Assembly (NCBI GenBank): GCA_038087875.1
Contig: CM075991.1
Location: 5,642,001-5,706,000 of the forward strand
Direction: 5' to 3'
DNA length: 64,000 nt
Source of the DNA: Malacoraja senta
Taxonomy: Eukaryota
A program made the translations under genes and the position numbers. Of the stretch, positions 63,827 to 64,000 are shown one piece after another. Each line of letters starts with the position of its first letter. Position 1 is the stretch's first letter. Below the pieces are notes generated by a model, which saw only the letters and a list, made by a program, of their open reading frames with translations, searched no databases and was not told the origin of the DNA.

Positions 63827-64000
63827 TGTTGAGTAAATCACACATACTCACAGATCTGGTTTAACAATATTTATTAAGACACGTATACAAAACACTTCAA
63901 CATGTTACTCCTATCATGCAGAAGTACAGACTGACAGCGCATGTCGGGTTGCCATAATATTAATGGCGTGGTAGTAGGTGTGGCTTTAAATAATAAAGCA
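63827..64000 (-). mobile_element. Gypsy 3' LTR, paralog of 17012-17220, runs off the window
   Basis: Direct sequence match. Confidence 0.85.

Larger units (their letters stand above)
44053..64000 (+). repeat. Segmental duplication unit C, colinear with 1-17186
   Basis: 44053 matches position 1 and 64000 matches 17186. Same order: GPCR, L1, CA repeat, L2, ERV, CR1, LTR. Confidence 0.95.

Overview
Vertebrate genomic DNA, most likely a cartilaginous fish such as a skate or ray (inferred from HE1/V-SINE-like and HER1/CR1-like repeats). The only host genes are a tandem cluster of two-exon class A GPCRs resembling GPR139/GPR142: two intact copies (742-2686, 24995-26952; 322 aa each), one nonsense pseudogene (44876-46835) and a 3' fragment (27938-28163). 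They lie in nested segmental duplications: unit A about 1-17200+, partial unit B about 24450-27930, unit C about 43770-64000+, and an older inverted block at 33289-37823. The rest is mobile DNA: L1, L2 and CR1 LINEs, V-SINEs, Mag-like Gypsy elements, a solo LTR, a DIRS-type element, and Tc1 and Helitron remnants. It also holds scattered pieces of an endogenous retrovirus whose envelope gene can be reassembled by eye into an F-protein-like class I fusion protein. Comparing the duplicated units gives empty sites and target-site duplications (TSDs) for several insertions. Family assignments come from motif recognition only; no database searches were run.
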